A DNA stretch of 64,000 bases, taken from NCBI RefSeq assembly GCF_006345805.1, contig NC_043021.1, positions 4,526,001-4,590,000 on the forward strand, written 5' to 3'. Made by a program: the position numbers and the translations under genes. The DNA comes from Octopus sinensis (taxonomy: Eukaryota). Positions 1 through 12,419 of the stretch are shown in pieces. Under the pieces are notes generated by a model. That model worked only from the letters and a program-made list of their open reading frames with translations, had not been told where the DNA came from and did not search any database. Position 1 is the stretch's first letter. Each line of letters starts with the position of its first letter.

Positions 1-543
1 CGAGTGTGTGTACACAAGTAAATGGACTACCGAAAGTGGCACTCAGCGCATTCGGTTTCCTATGCTTGACGAGCTAGGTTCGTGTAAAGCGCCCACAAAA
101 CTCGAATTGAATGGAAATGAAGAAAAAAAACAAAACTGGTACGTATGTATATATGACACAAAACAGGAAGTTGGGACAATTTATCGCTATTATTTATTGA
201 TCATGACCTGTTTCATCTACTAATAGGGAATTACAGAGTTTACAGACATATATATATATAATATATATATAACGTCAAACCATATGTGTGTGTGTGTCTG
301 TGTGCGAGTGTGTGTACACAAGTAAATGGACTAACGAAAGTGGCACTCAGCGCATTCGGTTACCTATGCTTGACGAGCTAGGTTCGTGTAAAGCGCCCAC
401 AAAACTCTAAATTGCATGGAACTGAAAAGAAAAAAACAAACTGGTACGTATGTATATATGACAAAACAGGAAGTTGGACAATTTATTGCTATTATTTATT
501 GACCATGACACATGTTTCGTCTGCTAATAGGAATTACAGAGTT

Positions 544-582
<39 letters not shown>

Positions 583-862
583 GTCAAACCATATGTGTGT
601 GTGTCTGTGTGCGAGTGTGTGTACACAAGTAAATGGACTAACAAAAGTGGCACTCAGCGCATTCGGTTACCTATGCTTGACGAGCTAGGTTCGTGTAAAG
701 CGCCCACAAAACTCTAAATTGAATGGAACTGAAAAAAAAAAAAAAAAAAACAAACTGGTACGTATGTATATATAACAAAACAGGAAGTTGGACAATTTAT
801 CGCTATTATTTATTGATCATGACACATGTTTCGTCTGCTAATAGGAATTACAGAGTTTACAT
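1..862 (+). repeat. Tandem repeat, about 305-bp unit, about 2.8 copies (units start at 1, 305, 612), with internal (TA)n/(TG)n; runs off the left edge
   Basis: cgagtgtgtgtacacaagtaaatggacta... recurs at 1, 305 and 612 with near-identical following sequence; the third unit ends near 862. Confidence 0.95.
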
Positions 863-889
863 GTTAGATAAACATATAAAGAATTTATA

Positions 890-1120
890 GGCGGCGAGCT
901 GGCAGAAACGTTAGCACGCCGGGCGAAATGCGTAGCTGTATTTTCGTCTGGCGTTACGTTTTGAGTTCAAATTCCGCCGAGGTCGACTTTGCCTTTCATC
1001 CTTTCGGGGTCGATAGATTAAGTACCAGTTACGCACTGGGGTCGATGTAATCGACTTGATCCGTTTGTCTGTCCTTGTTTGTTCCCTCTGTGTTTAGCCC
1101 CTTGTGGGTAGTAAAGAATA
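890..1120 (+). mobile_element. tRNA-derived SINE family B (young subfamily), full length, 13-bp TSD
   Basis: Head ggcggcgagctggcagaaacgttagc with box-B-like gagttcaaattcc; body tttgcctttcatcctttcggggtcgat; TSD atataaagaattt at 874-886 and 1121-1133. Confidence 0.92.
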
Positions 1121-1413
1121 ATATAAAGAATTTTCTATTGGGAATTCTTCAGACAGAGAAATTTAAAAAGATATATTCGTAATGAAACATATGTAATGGT
1201 GACTAAAGAGTTCCAATAAACTTTCAACTTCCTGTTTAGATAAAACAAGAACTCTTCAAATGATATTTCCAGAAATTTCAACTTTGATATGTACTCTACA
1301 CCTACGAAGCAGCATATTGAATTGTAATAATGAACTAAGTAGATGTCATTCAAGAGGAAACAGCTGGAATTTTACCCGACCTACATACATTATATATATA
1401 TATATATATATAC

Positions 1414-1653
1414 GTACTCTTTTACTCTTTTACTTGTTTCAGTCATTTGACTGCGGCCATGCTGGAGCACCGCCTTTAGTCGAGCAAATCGACCCCGGGA
1501 CTTATTCTTTGTAAGCCCAGTACTTATTCTAGCGGTCTCTTTTGCCGAACCGCTAAGTGACGGGGATGTAAACACACCAGCTTCGGTTGTCAAGCAATGC
1601 TAGGGGAACAAACACAGACACCCAAACATATACATACACACACACACACACAC

Positions 1654-1689
<36 letters not shown>

Positions 1690-1692
1690 CCC

Positions 1693-1738
<46 letters not shown>

Positions 1739-1985
1739 ATTATATTATATATATATATATATTATATATATATATATATATAATATATATATTACATATA
1801 TATATATATATATATATATATTCGACAGGCTTTTCAGTTCCGTCTACCAAATCCACTCACAAAGGCATTGGTCGGCCCGGGGCTATGCAGAGAAGACACT
1901 TGCCCCAGATGCACGCAGTGGGACTGAACAGGAACCATGTGGCTGGTAAGCAAGCTACTTACCACACAGCCACTCCTGCGCCTAT
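1414..1985 (-). mobile_element. tRNA-derived SINE family A with expanded internal (TA/CA)n
   Basis: Reverse complement of head aggcgcaggagtggctgtgtggtaag...ggttcagtccc...cttgggcaag and tail ...ccagcatggccgcagtcaaatgactgaaac(aagtaaaagag)n; the same element recurs more than 10 times in the window. Confidence 0.92.
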
Positions 1986-2704
1986 AATATATATATAATA
2001 CATCACGTACAGGACTTCACCAAGGAGTGAAAAATACGTAAATATAAAATGGGGGTCAAGTACGACACAAAATACCAAAAGAAGTCTAAATCCTCCTCTG
2101 TTGTCGACTGTTAATTACTCCCTATTTCAACGACAAGATAGGAAACCTTCATAAATGCTTTGTTGCATTTGCGAGATGCTATTCGTCGGAAAAGGCCACA
2201 ATTGTATGCGTCCGGTGAGTGCCAATTGCACCATTACAGCGCACCTGCCCATTCAGCGTAGCTTTTGCAGCAGTTTTGGGCTAGGCACAGTATTCCCAGG
2301 TTCGACGGCCACCGTATTCCCCAGATCTCACCCCTTGAGACGTTTTTCTCTTTCCAAAAATCATATCCCGCTTGGAAGGAAGAAGATTTCAGGATGTCGA
2401 GAAAATCAAGATGAATGCGACGAGGCAGCTGCTGATTATCCCAGGAAACGAGTTCCAGGAAGGCTTCCATCGATGGAAACAGAGATGGATTAAATGTGTG
2501 GCTGACCTCGTGTGTACCGTTGGCGATTTTTGTCCCTCTGTCTTCCCTTCTCTGGATCTTTCCTTCTCCTATGTTTCCGACGAAGAGCTCCGCTCGAAAC
2601 GTTAAGCCCTCCTCTTCCTTTCTTCCTGAGCGTCCAATAATACTAATTTGTTCCACGTCCTCGCGTTGTTGTGTTTTTTTGTGCTTTCTTGTTTGGATTA
2701 ACTT

Positions 2705-2759
<55 letters not shown>

Positions 2760-2830
2760 TATTATATATATATTAGTATATATTGATATATATATATATG
2801 TATGTATGTATGTATATATATACGAACTTA

Positions 2831-2921
2831 GCTCGTCAAGCTTAGGTAACCGAATACGCACACAGTCGACATATACATCAGTAAGATGTAAACAGTTAAA
2901 AAAATTATATGTATAATATAT

Positions 2922-2963
<42 letters not shown>

Positions 2964-3045
2964 CATATAAATTTTTGTATAAATGTGTACATCTTACTGA
3001 TGTATATGTGCGACTGTATGTGCGTATTCGGTACCTAAGCTTACC
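2831..3045. repeat. Imperfect inverted repeat (about 85-bp arms) around a (TA)n loop; related to the 305-bp tandem unit
   Basis: The reverse complement of 2831-2915 matches 2957-3042; it shares attcggttaccta.gcttgacgagcta with the tandem unit; a third partial copy lies near 3581-3660. Confidence 0.8.
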
Positions 3046-3182
3046 TTATATATATATATATAATATATATATATATATTATATATATATTAGATATAATA
3101 CATATATATATATATATTTATATATGTGGTGTGTATGTATGTATGTATGTATGTATGTATGTATATATATATATATATATAT

Positions 3183-3578
3183 ACTCTTTACTCTTTTACT
3201 CTTTTACTTGTTTCAGTCATTTGACTGCGGCCCTGCTGGAGCACACGCCTTTAGTCGAGCAAATCGACCCCGGGACCTATTCTTGTAAGCCCGGATATAT
3301 CTATCCGGTCTCTTTGCCGAACCGCTAAGTGACGGGGACCTAAAACACACCAGCATGGTTGTCAAGCAATGGTAGGGGACAAACACAGACAAACACACAC
3401 ATACACACACAACATATATATATATATACATATATACGACAGGCTTCTTTCAGTTTCCGTCTACCAAATCCACTCACAATGCATTGGTCGGCCCGGGGCT
3501 ATAACAGAAGACACTTGCCCAAAATGCCACGCAGTGGGACTGAACCCGGAACCACGTGGTTGGTTAGCAAGCTACTTA
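3183..3578 (-). mobile_element. SINE family A copy
   Basis: Same head, body and tail as the other family A copies. Confidence 0.9.
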
Positions 3579-4539
3579 TATTATATACATATAAATTTTT
3601 GTATAACTGTGTGCATCTTACAGATGTATATTTGCGACTGTATGTGCGTATGCCTATGTGTGTTTACACACGCGTATTCGTACATCTTTCGCCGATGCAT
3701 TTTGGGTAAAGCATGTAAAAATCGTCGTGGAAGTCGAGAAATACCACTCTTCATTTTTAAGTAGTCCTTGACAGACGATATTCGTTCTGCATCAGATTAC
3801 AGGCAGCTCCTTCTCCCTATCACCGTTGTGAAACAGAGATTGTAACCACCGAAACTTTTGCTCACCACTTTTAATATAAAATAGACATGAAACATCAGAG
3901 GAAAGCTTAGTAAATTTTTGTTCGCAGTCCTATGACTGTTGTCGCTCTCAGCTACAGTTCACTCATTATGTTAGGCTCATTAAAGAAATGGAAACGATCC
4001 AATTAAGAAGAATGTCTTTAATTCAGTTGTCGAACTATTAGGGGACATTGAAAGCATTAAGGCTGACCTTAGACCCTGGAGCGAATTCGTGAATGACGTA
4101 GTAATTTGTATTTGGATTATCTTAGATTGAACGGAACTAAGGTTTGATATTGAGCGTTAAATAGGATGAAGGTATTTAACGTAGAGAGCAATGAGAATAA
4201 AGTAGCGAGGGCATATTTTAGGTAGTGAGCATTAGAAATTAAGTAGGGAGGACAAATTTAATGCAGTGGGCGTTAAGAGTCAGGTAAGGAAGAGTTATTT
4301 TTATGTAGTTAGAATTGAAAGTTCAGTAGAGTTAATATATAACTATAGAGAATTGTGAGAATCTCTAATTTAGAAGAAGGGGTAGGTAGGGGTGAGTGTA
4401 TTTGATATTAAGTTTTAAAAGTTAAGCAGTGGTTAATATATTTCATATTGTTCCTACTAAGAGTTGCAAGTGAGGTGAACAAATTTAATATAGTGAACAT
4501 TGGGAATTAAGCAAGATAAATATATTTAGTGTAGTGGAG

Positions 4540-4812
4540 GGCGGTGAGCTGGCAGAAACGTTAGCGCGACGGTCAAAATGCTTAGCGATATTTCGCCTGC
4601 CGTTCTTTCTATCTATCTATCTATCTATCTATCTTTTTCATTTATTTATTTTTTAATTTTTTTTATTTTATTCCCCCTTTTTTTGTCCTCTTTCTTTCCC
4701 TTTACGATACCTTTTGATCGAAAACCAAACCCCCTTTTTTTACCCCCAAAAGAAAAGCTCTACCTTGTAATTTGTCCTGTCTGTGTGCAGCCCTGTGTGG
4801 CTAATAAAGAAA
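4540..4812 (+). mobile_element. SINE family B copy, internally disrupted by (TCTA)n and T-rich sequence
   Basis: Head ggcggtgagctggcagaaacgttagc at about 4540; degenerate tail ...ccctgtgtggctaataaagaaa near 4810. Confidence 0.7.
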
Positions 4813-4814
4813 CA

Positions 4815-4872
<58 letters not shown>

Positions 4873-5376
4873 CCTATTTTTTTATAAGCATAACAATCGA
4901 GAAAATTAACTGAAGAAATATATGTATATATTTGTGTCAGTTACTTGTGAGGCCTGTCATGAATGCTGTTGGTAACATGGAATTCAGTACAACCTGTTGC
5001 ATGGCCAGGTTGTCAGAGACTAAACCGGTACCCTCACCAAGCTAGCCCAGTGAGAAGGGTTGCTGGAAACTCAACCCAGCAGGACTGAAAACAGAACTTG
5101 TCAAAAGGATACGGATGAACCCAGTGTAGTGTAGGTTCAACGACTATGTAGCAACAGCAGGGGCGCTCAGAAATTTCGGGTTGGTGCTGGAAGGCCACTG
5201 GGAGGGAGGCATCCCTTAACTTTTGTTAAAGCATGTCTTCAGGAGAAGGTCACTCTGATATAAAACCAGATAAGCAGAGAATAGCATTAAACATTTTGGG
5301 GATCTTTTGCTTGCACTTGAGCTCATGACACTTCCACATCTCTGAGCCTGCGACCCATATTGGCATTATATATCTT

Positions 5377-5597
5377 TTTCTTTACTATCCACAAGGGACT
5401 AAACACAGAGAGGACAGACAAACGGATTAAGTCGATTAAATCGACCCCAGTGCGTAAATAGTACTTATTTAATGGACCCCGAAAGGATGAAAGGCAAAGT
5501 CGACCTCGGCGGAATTTGAACTCAGAATGTGAAGACAGACGAAATACCGCTAAGCATTCCGTCCGGCGTGCTAACGATTCTGCCAGCTCGCCGCCTT
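5377..5597 (-). mobile_element. SINE family B, full length, 17-bp TSD
   Basis: TSD ttggcattatatatctt at 5360-5376 and 5598-5614. Confidence 0.93.
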
Positions 5598-5986
5598 TTG
5601 GCATTATATATCTTGCCTCAGTTTGTCTCTGGATCAGGTAACTTGGCTGGAGAGGGTCTGTGAGAGGTTGTGCAAGCCTGGTTGGACCTAAAATTTTAGG
5701 TTGCACAATTGCTGGCGAGGCAACTTTCCGATACCGATTGAGTAGGAGGGCTTCGTGGCGAGCGTGAAAGTCACGAGAGCGAACCCGGGGGAAGTCGACC
5801 GTTGGGGCAATAACCTTATATCTGAGCATTGCTGATATTTTGCAGGAGCAATGGTCAGTCAGTGTTGGTCTTCCTCGGCTACGAGCGGACATCTATCATG
5901 TATGAGCGTATATTTATCCGTAAGTATGCATATATGCATATATGTATATATGTATATATGTATATCTATATATCTATCTATATCTA

Positions 5987-6025
<39 letters not shown>

Positions 6026-6081
6026 ATATATATATCTATATATCTATATATCTATATCTATATATATATGTATGTGTGTGT

Positions 6082-6113
<32 letters not shown>

Positions 6114-6124
6114 TTACGTATATA

Positions 6125-6673
6125 TGTGTGTGTTTACGTATATATGGTGTGTTTACGTCCCTGTAACTTAGTGGTTCGGCAAAACAGACCGATAGAATAA
6201 GTACTAGGCTTACAAAGAATAAGTCCTGAGGTCGATTAAAAAGAGTATTTATATATATATATATATACTCTTTTTACTCTTTTGCTTGTTTCAGTCATTT
6301 GACCGCGGCCATGCTGGAGCACCGCCTTTAGTCGAGGAAATCGACCCCAGGACTTATTCTTTGTAAGCCTAGTACTTATTCTATCGGTCTGTTTTGGCGA
6401 ACCGCTAAGTTACAGGGACGTAAACACAGCACCATCGGTTGTCAAGCGATGTTGGGGGGACAAACACAGACATACAAACATATACACACACATACATATA
6501 TATATACATTTATACAACGGGCTTCTTTCAGTTTCCGTCTACCAAATCCACTCACAAGGCTTTGGTCGGCCCGAGGCTATAGTAGAAGACACTTGCCCAA
6601 GGTGCCACGCAGTGGGACTGAACTCGGTACCATGTGGTTGGTTAGCAAGCTACTTACCACACAGCCACTCCTG

Positions 6674-6675
<2 letters not shown>
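6125..6675. mobile_element. SINE family A tail fragment (+, about 6125-6240) followed by a full copy (-, 6267-6675)
   Basis: Sequence match to family A in both orientations. Confidence 0.85.
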
Positions 6676-6719
<44 letters not shown>

Positions 6720-7093
6720 TGTATTTATAACTTTTTCTCTCTCTCTGGGTTGGCCACAGATTGAAAGGCTTTGAGTCGTGACTGACCTAGGGCTAAACAA
6801 CCGCAACAAAAGCGAAACAACAGCAGCAACACCAACAACCGCAAACCAAATTCCCAAACCATAAAAAAAAAAAATGCAAGATGCAAGAACTAACGGCAAT
6901 TACAAACAAAAAAACACAAACAAAAACTCAAAACAACCACGGCAACAACAATAACAACTTCTACAAGAATCCTAATGACAGTAAAAGGCGGCAGCGGCGG
7001 AGATGGTGGTGGGTAGAGGTAATCCATTAATGCGTTATTAAGATTTGCTGTTTGTTCTAGAGTTGTTATCGTTTCTATTCCCTGCTCTTGCAG

Positions 7094-7152
7094 TCAAGCA
7101 AGTACAAGAGAAACACCTCCCAACACCAGAGGAGGGATTTACTCAAACGGCG
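7094..7152 (+). CDS. Candidate small internal exon (VKQVQEKHLPTPEEGFTQTA), product unknown
   Basis: Pyrimidine-rich acceptor tttctattccctgctcttgcag; non-repeat sequence; weak donor GCG|GTGTGT (alternative donor AA|GTATGT at 7180 in another frame). Frame-compatible with 39978-40029. Confidence 0.3.
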
Positions 7153-7284
7153 GTGTGTTCATATGGCTGTATGATAATAAGTATGTATGTTTGTGTTGTG
7201 TGGTGTGTGTGAGTGTGTGTGCTTGTTTAGGCATGTGAGTGCCTCTCTGAGTGTGTAATAAAAGAAATGATAATAATGATCATA

Positions 7285-7333
<49 letters not shown>

Positions 7334-7519
7334 TATATATATATATATATAATATACACATGTATATATATATCTATATATATACATATATATATAATAT
7401 GTACACCATGTATATTATATATATATATATATACACACACATGTATATATATATATATAATACATTATGTATGTATATATATATTATACATATAATATAT
7501 CATATGTACCACCATGTAT

Positions 7520-7552
<33 letters not shown>

Positions 7553-7859
7553 CTATGATCATTATTATCATATCTAATCACTAGGCTACACGCTTTCAAA
7601 CACACCCAAATATGCACACACACATACGCACGCGCGCACATGCACGCAACACACACACACACACACACGCACACACAGAGTTTTCAATCGGCAGAAAGTT
7701 ACTTTCTACCGATTAAAAGAAAAGTTATATACACTCATCTATGCACGTCTATTTTTCCTGTTTATTCCACCAAAAGTCATTCCTTCCCACCCCCCTTTCT
7801 CCCTCAGAAACAATCACAAACTTATACATACATGCACACATATACCGTCTATACAAAAT

Positions 7860-9411
7860 TCTTCCACTTCTGCGGTTGGTGCTGCATTGATGTCTATTTT
7901 AGCCAAGTTCTTGGTAGAATTTTTGTTTTGTTCAAAGAAACGTTGGCGTTTCTCATACCGGCGGATCCTTTGTGCTTTGGCAAGGATATCTTGCTTTAGC
8001 TTTTCTTTTACCTCAGGCAAATCTTTTTTCTGTAATGTTGTATATGCACAGTACTTTTGTTGCCTTCTTGTTAATTAGTAATGTTGATTGTCTACTAATT
8101 TAGTTAAGAATTGACAGATCTTTTCTGTTTTTTTTCTGTTTTTTTTTTCTTTTAATATTATTTATCCACTGGGTGGTGGTACTCCTGTTTGGATGGGTTT
8201 GAGGGAGTATCCAGCTTCTTTTGTGGCTGCAGTGGCTGCTGCATATATTATGTCATTTACCTCGGCGATATTACTATTTGTTTCCGTGGCTATTAGTTCC
8301 GTGACGGCCAGGTTCATGCTATTTATTATTGATGTTGTTTTATTGTCTAGTTTGATTTTTGGGAGGTATAATCGGTAGTCCATTCTGAGATCTGTGGTTT
8401 TCAGTTCTTTGATTATTCTAGTTTTTATAGTATCATAATCATTAGGTTCCCTTTCACTGTTTCCAGGTTTTAGATTTGTTTTGCCTTCCTTCTCATTTAT
8501 ATGTTTGTAGTGTTCGGGATTGGTGCATTTTGCACATTCCTACGGTCTAGGTTTGTTGTCTTTTGTTTACTTCACTTTTGTTGGAAATGTTACGTCCGTC
8601 TTCGTGTTTTACTATCTCAGTGTTTATATCATTTGGCATTGTTGTGTGGCTACTATCTACATTTTCTTGATGTATTTTTCCTTTTAAATGTTCTAATTCT
8701 ATTTCTGATATGTTTTTGCTTTGAGAATATATCTTCGTATGTTAGCTAGTTTATTAGGGTTCATTGCTGTATCCAAGTCTTTATTTAGGTTATTTCTCTT
8801 CCAGATTTTATATGCATATGTTGTTGTGTTTTCGTTCTTTGGGTAGAGCACTGCTGTAAAATAAGCATGTAGGATTGAAATATATTCCCCAAGTGTCCAT
8901 TTATGCCTTTTTGATTTCATTTGCGGGACATGAGGAACAACGTCCGGCCCTTTATTTTGACGGTCATCATTTTCGTAGGGTGATGGTCCGTTCATTTCTG
9001 TTGTTAAATTGTTTTGCACATGTAGTTTTTCGTACTTTTTGTGTAACAAGTTTAAAGTACGCACTTCCCGATTTTTATTCTTGGGTTGAATAATACCGTT
9101 ATTATTTAATTTATTTGTAATTATTTTGTACATGCTGTTTGGGGCCGGAGATGGTCTGGTGTTGATGGATCGTAATGTATCAAGCATGTTTACATGTGCT
9201 GTGCGAGCAGTAGAGATGATATCCAGTTAAAATACATCATTTCATTTGGAAAATAGAAATAAATTTCAATGAGTATTACTTACTCGGATATAGTCCATAT
9301 TTTTGTCAGCTATTTTTGGTTTCATGCGATGTCTTTAGTTCTGATGTTTTTAGGTAAATTTCGGAGCGTAGTACTTTATCCCTTTCACAGGTTAAACGAC
9401 CCCGGTGTCTT
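7860..9411 (-). mobile_element. 5' portion of an R4/Dong-clade RLE non-LTR retrotransposon (5' UTR plus N-terminal ORF; frameshifts and stops; 3' part missing)
   Basis: Peptides KWTLGEYISILHAYF...NKLANIRRYILK, LPKIKLDN...NDIIYAAAT and LKQDILAKAQRIRRYEKRQRFFEQNK...EVEEF resemble the pre-RT region of R4/Dong ORFs (recognised by eye). The element begins directly beside a TAA array. Confidence 0.75.
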
Positions 9412-9430
9412 TATTATTATTATCATATTA

Positions 9431-9465
<35 letters not shown>

Positions 9466-9480
9466 TATTATTATTATTAT

Positions 9481-9524
<44 letters not shown>

Positions 9525-9537
9525 TATTATTATTATC

Positions 9538-9965
9538 ATTCAGTAGTTTTATTTTTATAGTGTGCTTTCACTTCACTACCGAGCGCAGCTCTGTGTGCCT
9601 TGGGTATGTGCTGTGATTTGTTGTGATGCTCTGATGGTTATTGTATGGAAAGTGTTCTGCGTAGGATGTGTGCAGTGCCTAGTAGTGCAATTTTCTGTAT
9701 GGTATATGTGTTTGTAAGTCCTGGTGTTTTTGTTATGTATTTGTCTGAATATTTTTTTATCATGCCTAATGCACCTACTATGATAGGAATTGTTTCTGTT
9801 TTTAGATTCCACATTCTGGTTACCTCTATTTCCAGGTTTTTGTATTTTGAAAGTTTGTCCATTTCTTTTAGAGACACGTTGTCATCTGCCGGTATTGATA
9901 CATCAATTAGAAAGCATTTATTTTCTTCATGATCTCTGACAACTATATCTGGTCTGTTGGCCTTA

Positions 9966-9966
<1 letters not shown>
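9538..9966 (-). mobile_element. 5'-truncated 3' end of an R4/Dong-like LINE (RLE domain plus 3' UTR) in TAA arrays
   Basis: Minus strand reads KANRPDIVVRDHEENKCFLIDVSIPADDNVSLKEMDKLSKYKNLEIEVTRMWNLKTETIPIIVGALG...QKIALLGTAHILRRTL (PD..D RLE motif); (TAA/TGA)n on both sides. Confidence 0.9.
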
Positions 9967-10004
<38 letters not shown>

Positions 10005-10191
10005 CATCATCACCACCACCACCACCACCACCAGCCACCACCACCATCATCATCATCATCACATCATCATATCATCATCATCATCATCATCATCATTATT
10101 ATTATTATTATTTATTATTATTTATTATTATTATTATCATTATTATTATTATTATTATTATTATATATTATTATTATTATTATCATTATTA

Positions 10192-10223
<32 letters not shown>

Positions 10224-10306
10224 CATTATTATTATTATTATATTATTATTATTATGTTGAATTTATATTTATTATTATATTATGATTATTATTATTATTA
10301 TTATTA

Positions 10307-10342
<36 letters not shown>

Positions 10343-10360
10343 TATTATTATTATTATTAT
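9967..10360. repeat. Compound (ATT)n/(ATC)n/(ACC)n microsatellite
   Basis: Direct reading. Confidence 0.97.
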
Positions 10361-10361
10361 T

Positions 10362-11110
10362 GCGGCAAGTTGGCAGAATCGTTAGCAAGATGGACAAAAT
10401 GCTTTGCGGCATTTCGTCCGTTTTTATGTTGCGTTCAAATGCTGCCGGGGTCGAGAATTTGTTTTAATCCTTTCTGGCTCCATAAAATAATTACCAGTTG
10501 AGCACTGGAGTCGATGTAATCGACCTATGCCCTTCCCCGAAACTGCTGGTCTTTTCCCAGACCTGAAACCATTACTATTTTTCGTGGTAGAGTCGTTATG
10601 AGATCAAATGTCGTCGAGGTCAATTTTGCCTTTCATCCCTTCTGAGGAAACGATCAGAAAAAATAAGGTACCAGTTGAACCCCATAAATTTTAAGTTTTG
10701 TATCTACAACTGAGAAGAATTACCACTATTAATCCAGCAAGCTTGCGGAGCTTAGCACACCGAATAAAATGCTTCACGGCGTTTAGTCCGTCTTTTCGTT
10801 CTGAGTTCAAATTCTGCTGCTGTCCTCTTTGCCTTGCATCCTTTCGGGGTCGATAAAATAAGTACCATTTGAACTCTGGGGTCGATGTAATCGATTAGCT
10901 TCCTCCTTTGAACTTGCTGGCCTTGTGCCAAAATCTGAAACCATTATTAAAGTAGCGAGCTGGCAGAATTGTTAGCACGCTGGACAAAATGCTTAGCGGC
11001 ATTTGGTCCGTCTTTAAGTACCACTTGAAAACTGTAAATCGGCAAGAAATCTTCTCCTAAACTTGCTGGCTTTATGATAAAATATGAAATCGCAATTACT
11101 ATTATAGTAG
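10362..11110 (+). mobile_element. Tandem cluster of about 4 older, diverged family B-related SINEs (different 3' tail ...gctggccttgtgccaaaatctgaaaccatt)
   Basis: Repeated degenerate heads (gcaagttggcagaatcgttagc, gcgagctggcagaattgttagc) and body tttgcctttcatcc.ttcggggtcgat. Confidence 0.75.
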
Positions 11111-11134
11111 GTAAGGCAGTGCACAACGCTTAAC

Positions 11135-11368
11135 GGCGGCGAGCTGGCAGAGTCGTTAGCACGCCGGGCGAAATGCTTAGCCGTATTTCGTCTGCCGCTA
11201 CGTTCTGAGTTCAAATTCCGCCGAGGTCGACTTTGCCTTTCATCCTTTCGGGGTCGATTAAATAAGTACCAGTTATGCACTGGGTCGATATAATCGACTT
11301 AATCCGTTTGTCTGTCCTTGTTTGTCCTCTCTGTGTTTAGCCCCTTGTGGGTAATAAAGAAATAGGTA
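11135..11368 (+). mobile_element. SINE family B, full length
   Basis: Near-consensus copy ending ...taataaagaaataggtat. Confidence 0.92.
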
Positions 11369-12060
11369 TTTTAGTGTTTCGGTATTTCTTGCAGCTTTAC
11401 ACTTTGAGTTCAAATCTCGCCGAGTTCATCTTTGCTTTTCATCCTTTCTGGAGTTGATGAATTAAGTACAATCAAGTATGATAGGCTAATCTCTTGTCAC
11501 AATTGTGCTTAAACTAGAAACCATTACTATTGTTGTTGTGGAGGGAGTGGTAATGGTAGTAGTGAAGATAAGATGAGAATAGTCGTGGAGTTCGGAGTGT
11601 TGTGGTAGTTGCTGTGTTGCTAGTGTTGCAAGTGGTTGTAGTAGTAGTGGTAGTAAAAAGGAAACGGGATGTATACTTTAAATGAAAACTCGCCATTTTG
11701 ACACTGGCAATTAAGCACAAATATCGATCGCTAATATTGGACAAGGCCTGAAATTTAGTAAAATGAGGTATATATCGATCCCAGTACTTGAGTGGTACTT
11801 CATTTTATCGATCCAGGAGAGATGAAAGGAGGAGTCATCCTTGGAGTAAAACGTGCAAATATTGTAATCCAGCTCATATATGCGTTTATATTTATTCAGC
11901 CCTAGACCCAACATGCATGGATTTCCCCAAAAGTATATTCAAAGACATCAAACATATTAAAAATATATGGATATATAAAAAATATATAGAGTAATCAATA
12001 CATTAAAAATATGCGTATAAAAATATATAAATATATAGACATATAAATATATAAATATAT

Positions 12061-12384
12061 AGGCTGTGTGGTAAGTAGCTTGTTTACCAGCCACATGGTT
12101 CCGGGTTCAGTCCCACTGCGTGGCACCTTGGACAAGGTGTCTTCTACTATAGCCTCGGGCCGACCAAAGCCTTGTGAGTGGATTTGGTAGACGGAAACTG
12201 AAAGAAGCCCGTCGTATATACGTGTATAATAGAAGATCTGAAATCCACCTGATGAATGTCCTTAGAAGAGACACGAAACAATTGTAGTGGCGAATTTAAT
12301 TTTATTTAATTTATATTAAATTTTTTTATGTATTGGATTACGTCTTTCTTTGTTTGATTTGCAAAATAGTGGTTTTGTCTCTAA

Positions 12385-12419
<35 letters not shown>

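Noticed and set aside
1-862. CRISPR-like array
   Set aside because: The whole unit repeats, there are no unique spacers, and the context is eukaryotic.
3990-4530. Purine-skewed segment resembling degraded TE coding DNA
   Set aside because: All frames are interrupted and no diagnostic motif was found.
5323-5892. 189-aa minus-strand ORF
   Set aside because: Reads through a TSD-flanked SINE, so it is chimeric.
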